From Pseudomonadota bacterium (GTDB lineage Bacteria > Bdellovibrionota_G > JALEGL01 > DATDPG01), in the NCBI GenBank assembly GCA_043804515.1, contig JAZDIZ010000122.1, positions 1 to 16,221 on the forward strand: 16,221 nt of DNA, read 5' to 3'. Positions 16,171 to 16,221 of the stretch are shown here, piece after piece (position 1 is the stretch's first letter; each line of letters begins with the position of its first letter). A program made the translations under genes and the position numbers. The notes below the pieces were generated by a model, which was not told the DNA's origin, did not search any database, and saw nothing but the letters and a program-made list of their open reading frames with translations.

Positions 16171-16221
16171 ATGTCCGTGATGCAGAACCGTCGGGGGCCG
16201 GGCCGCCCGAAAAACGAAGAG
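16171..16221 (+). CDS. Probable TetR/AcrR-family regulator, first 17 codons only
   Basis: MSVMQNRRGPGRPKNEE... open to the window edge. The basic GRP arm is typical of TetR N-termini and a palindromic operator lies upstream. The HTH itself is outside the window. Confidence 0.55.
   Translation, partial: MSVMQNRRGPGRPKNEE

Overview
GC-rich window from a diderm bacterium (it has a TolC-family gene), densely coding, with no rRNA, tRNA, CRISPR array or mobile element recognisable. Left to right: (1) a minus-strand ECF-type Ni/Co uptake operon, nikMN/cbiM-cbiQ-cbiO, with cbiO running off the left edge; (2) a translationally coupled minus-strand pair, an EXPERA (TMEM97/sigma-2 receptor-like) membrane protein and an SDR oxidoreductase; (3) divergently, across an AT-rich palindrome carrying TATAAT on both strands, a marR-tolC-macA-macB efflux operon whose adaptor has a very short alpha-hairpin; (4) a long minus-strand run, in transcription order: APC amino-acid permease, Cys-rich lipoprotein, O-methyltransferase, NADPH:quinone oxidoreductase, TatD-associated-type radical SAM protein with no adjacent tatD, MFSD1-like MFS transporter, second unknown lipoprotein; (5) at the right edge, the start of a probable TetR-family gene behind a sigma70-like promoter whose spacer holds a perfect 16-bp palindrome. 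The best candidates for undescribed systems are the MarR-linked EXPERA/SDR plus efflux module and the methyltransferase-QOR-radical SAM cluster. All family assignments come from motif recognition by eye; no database search was run.
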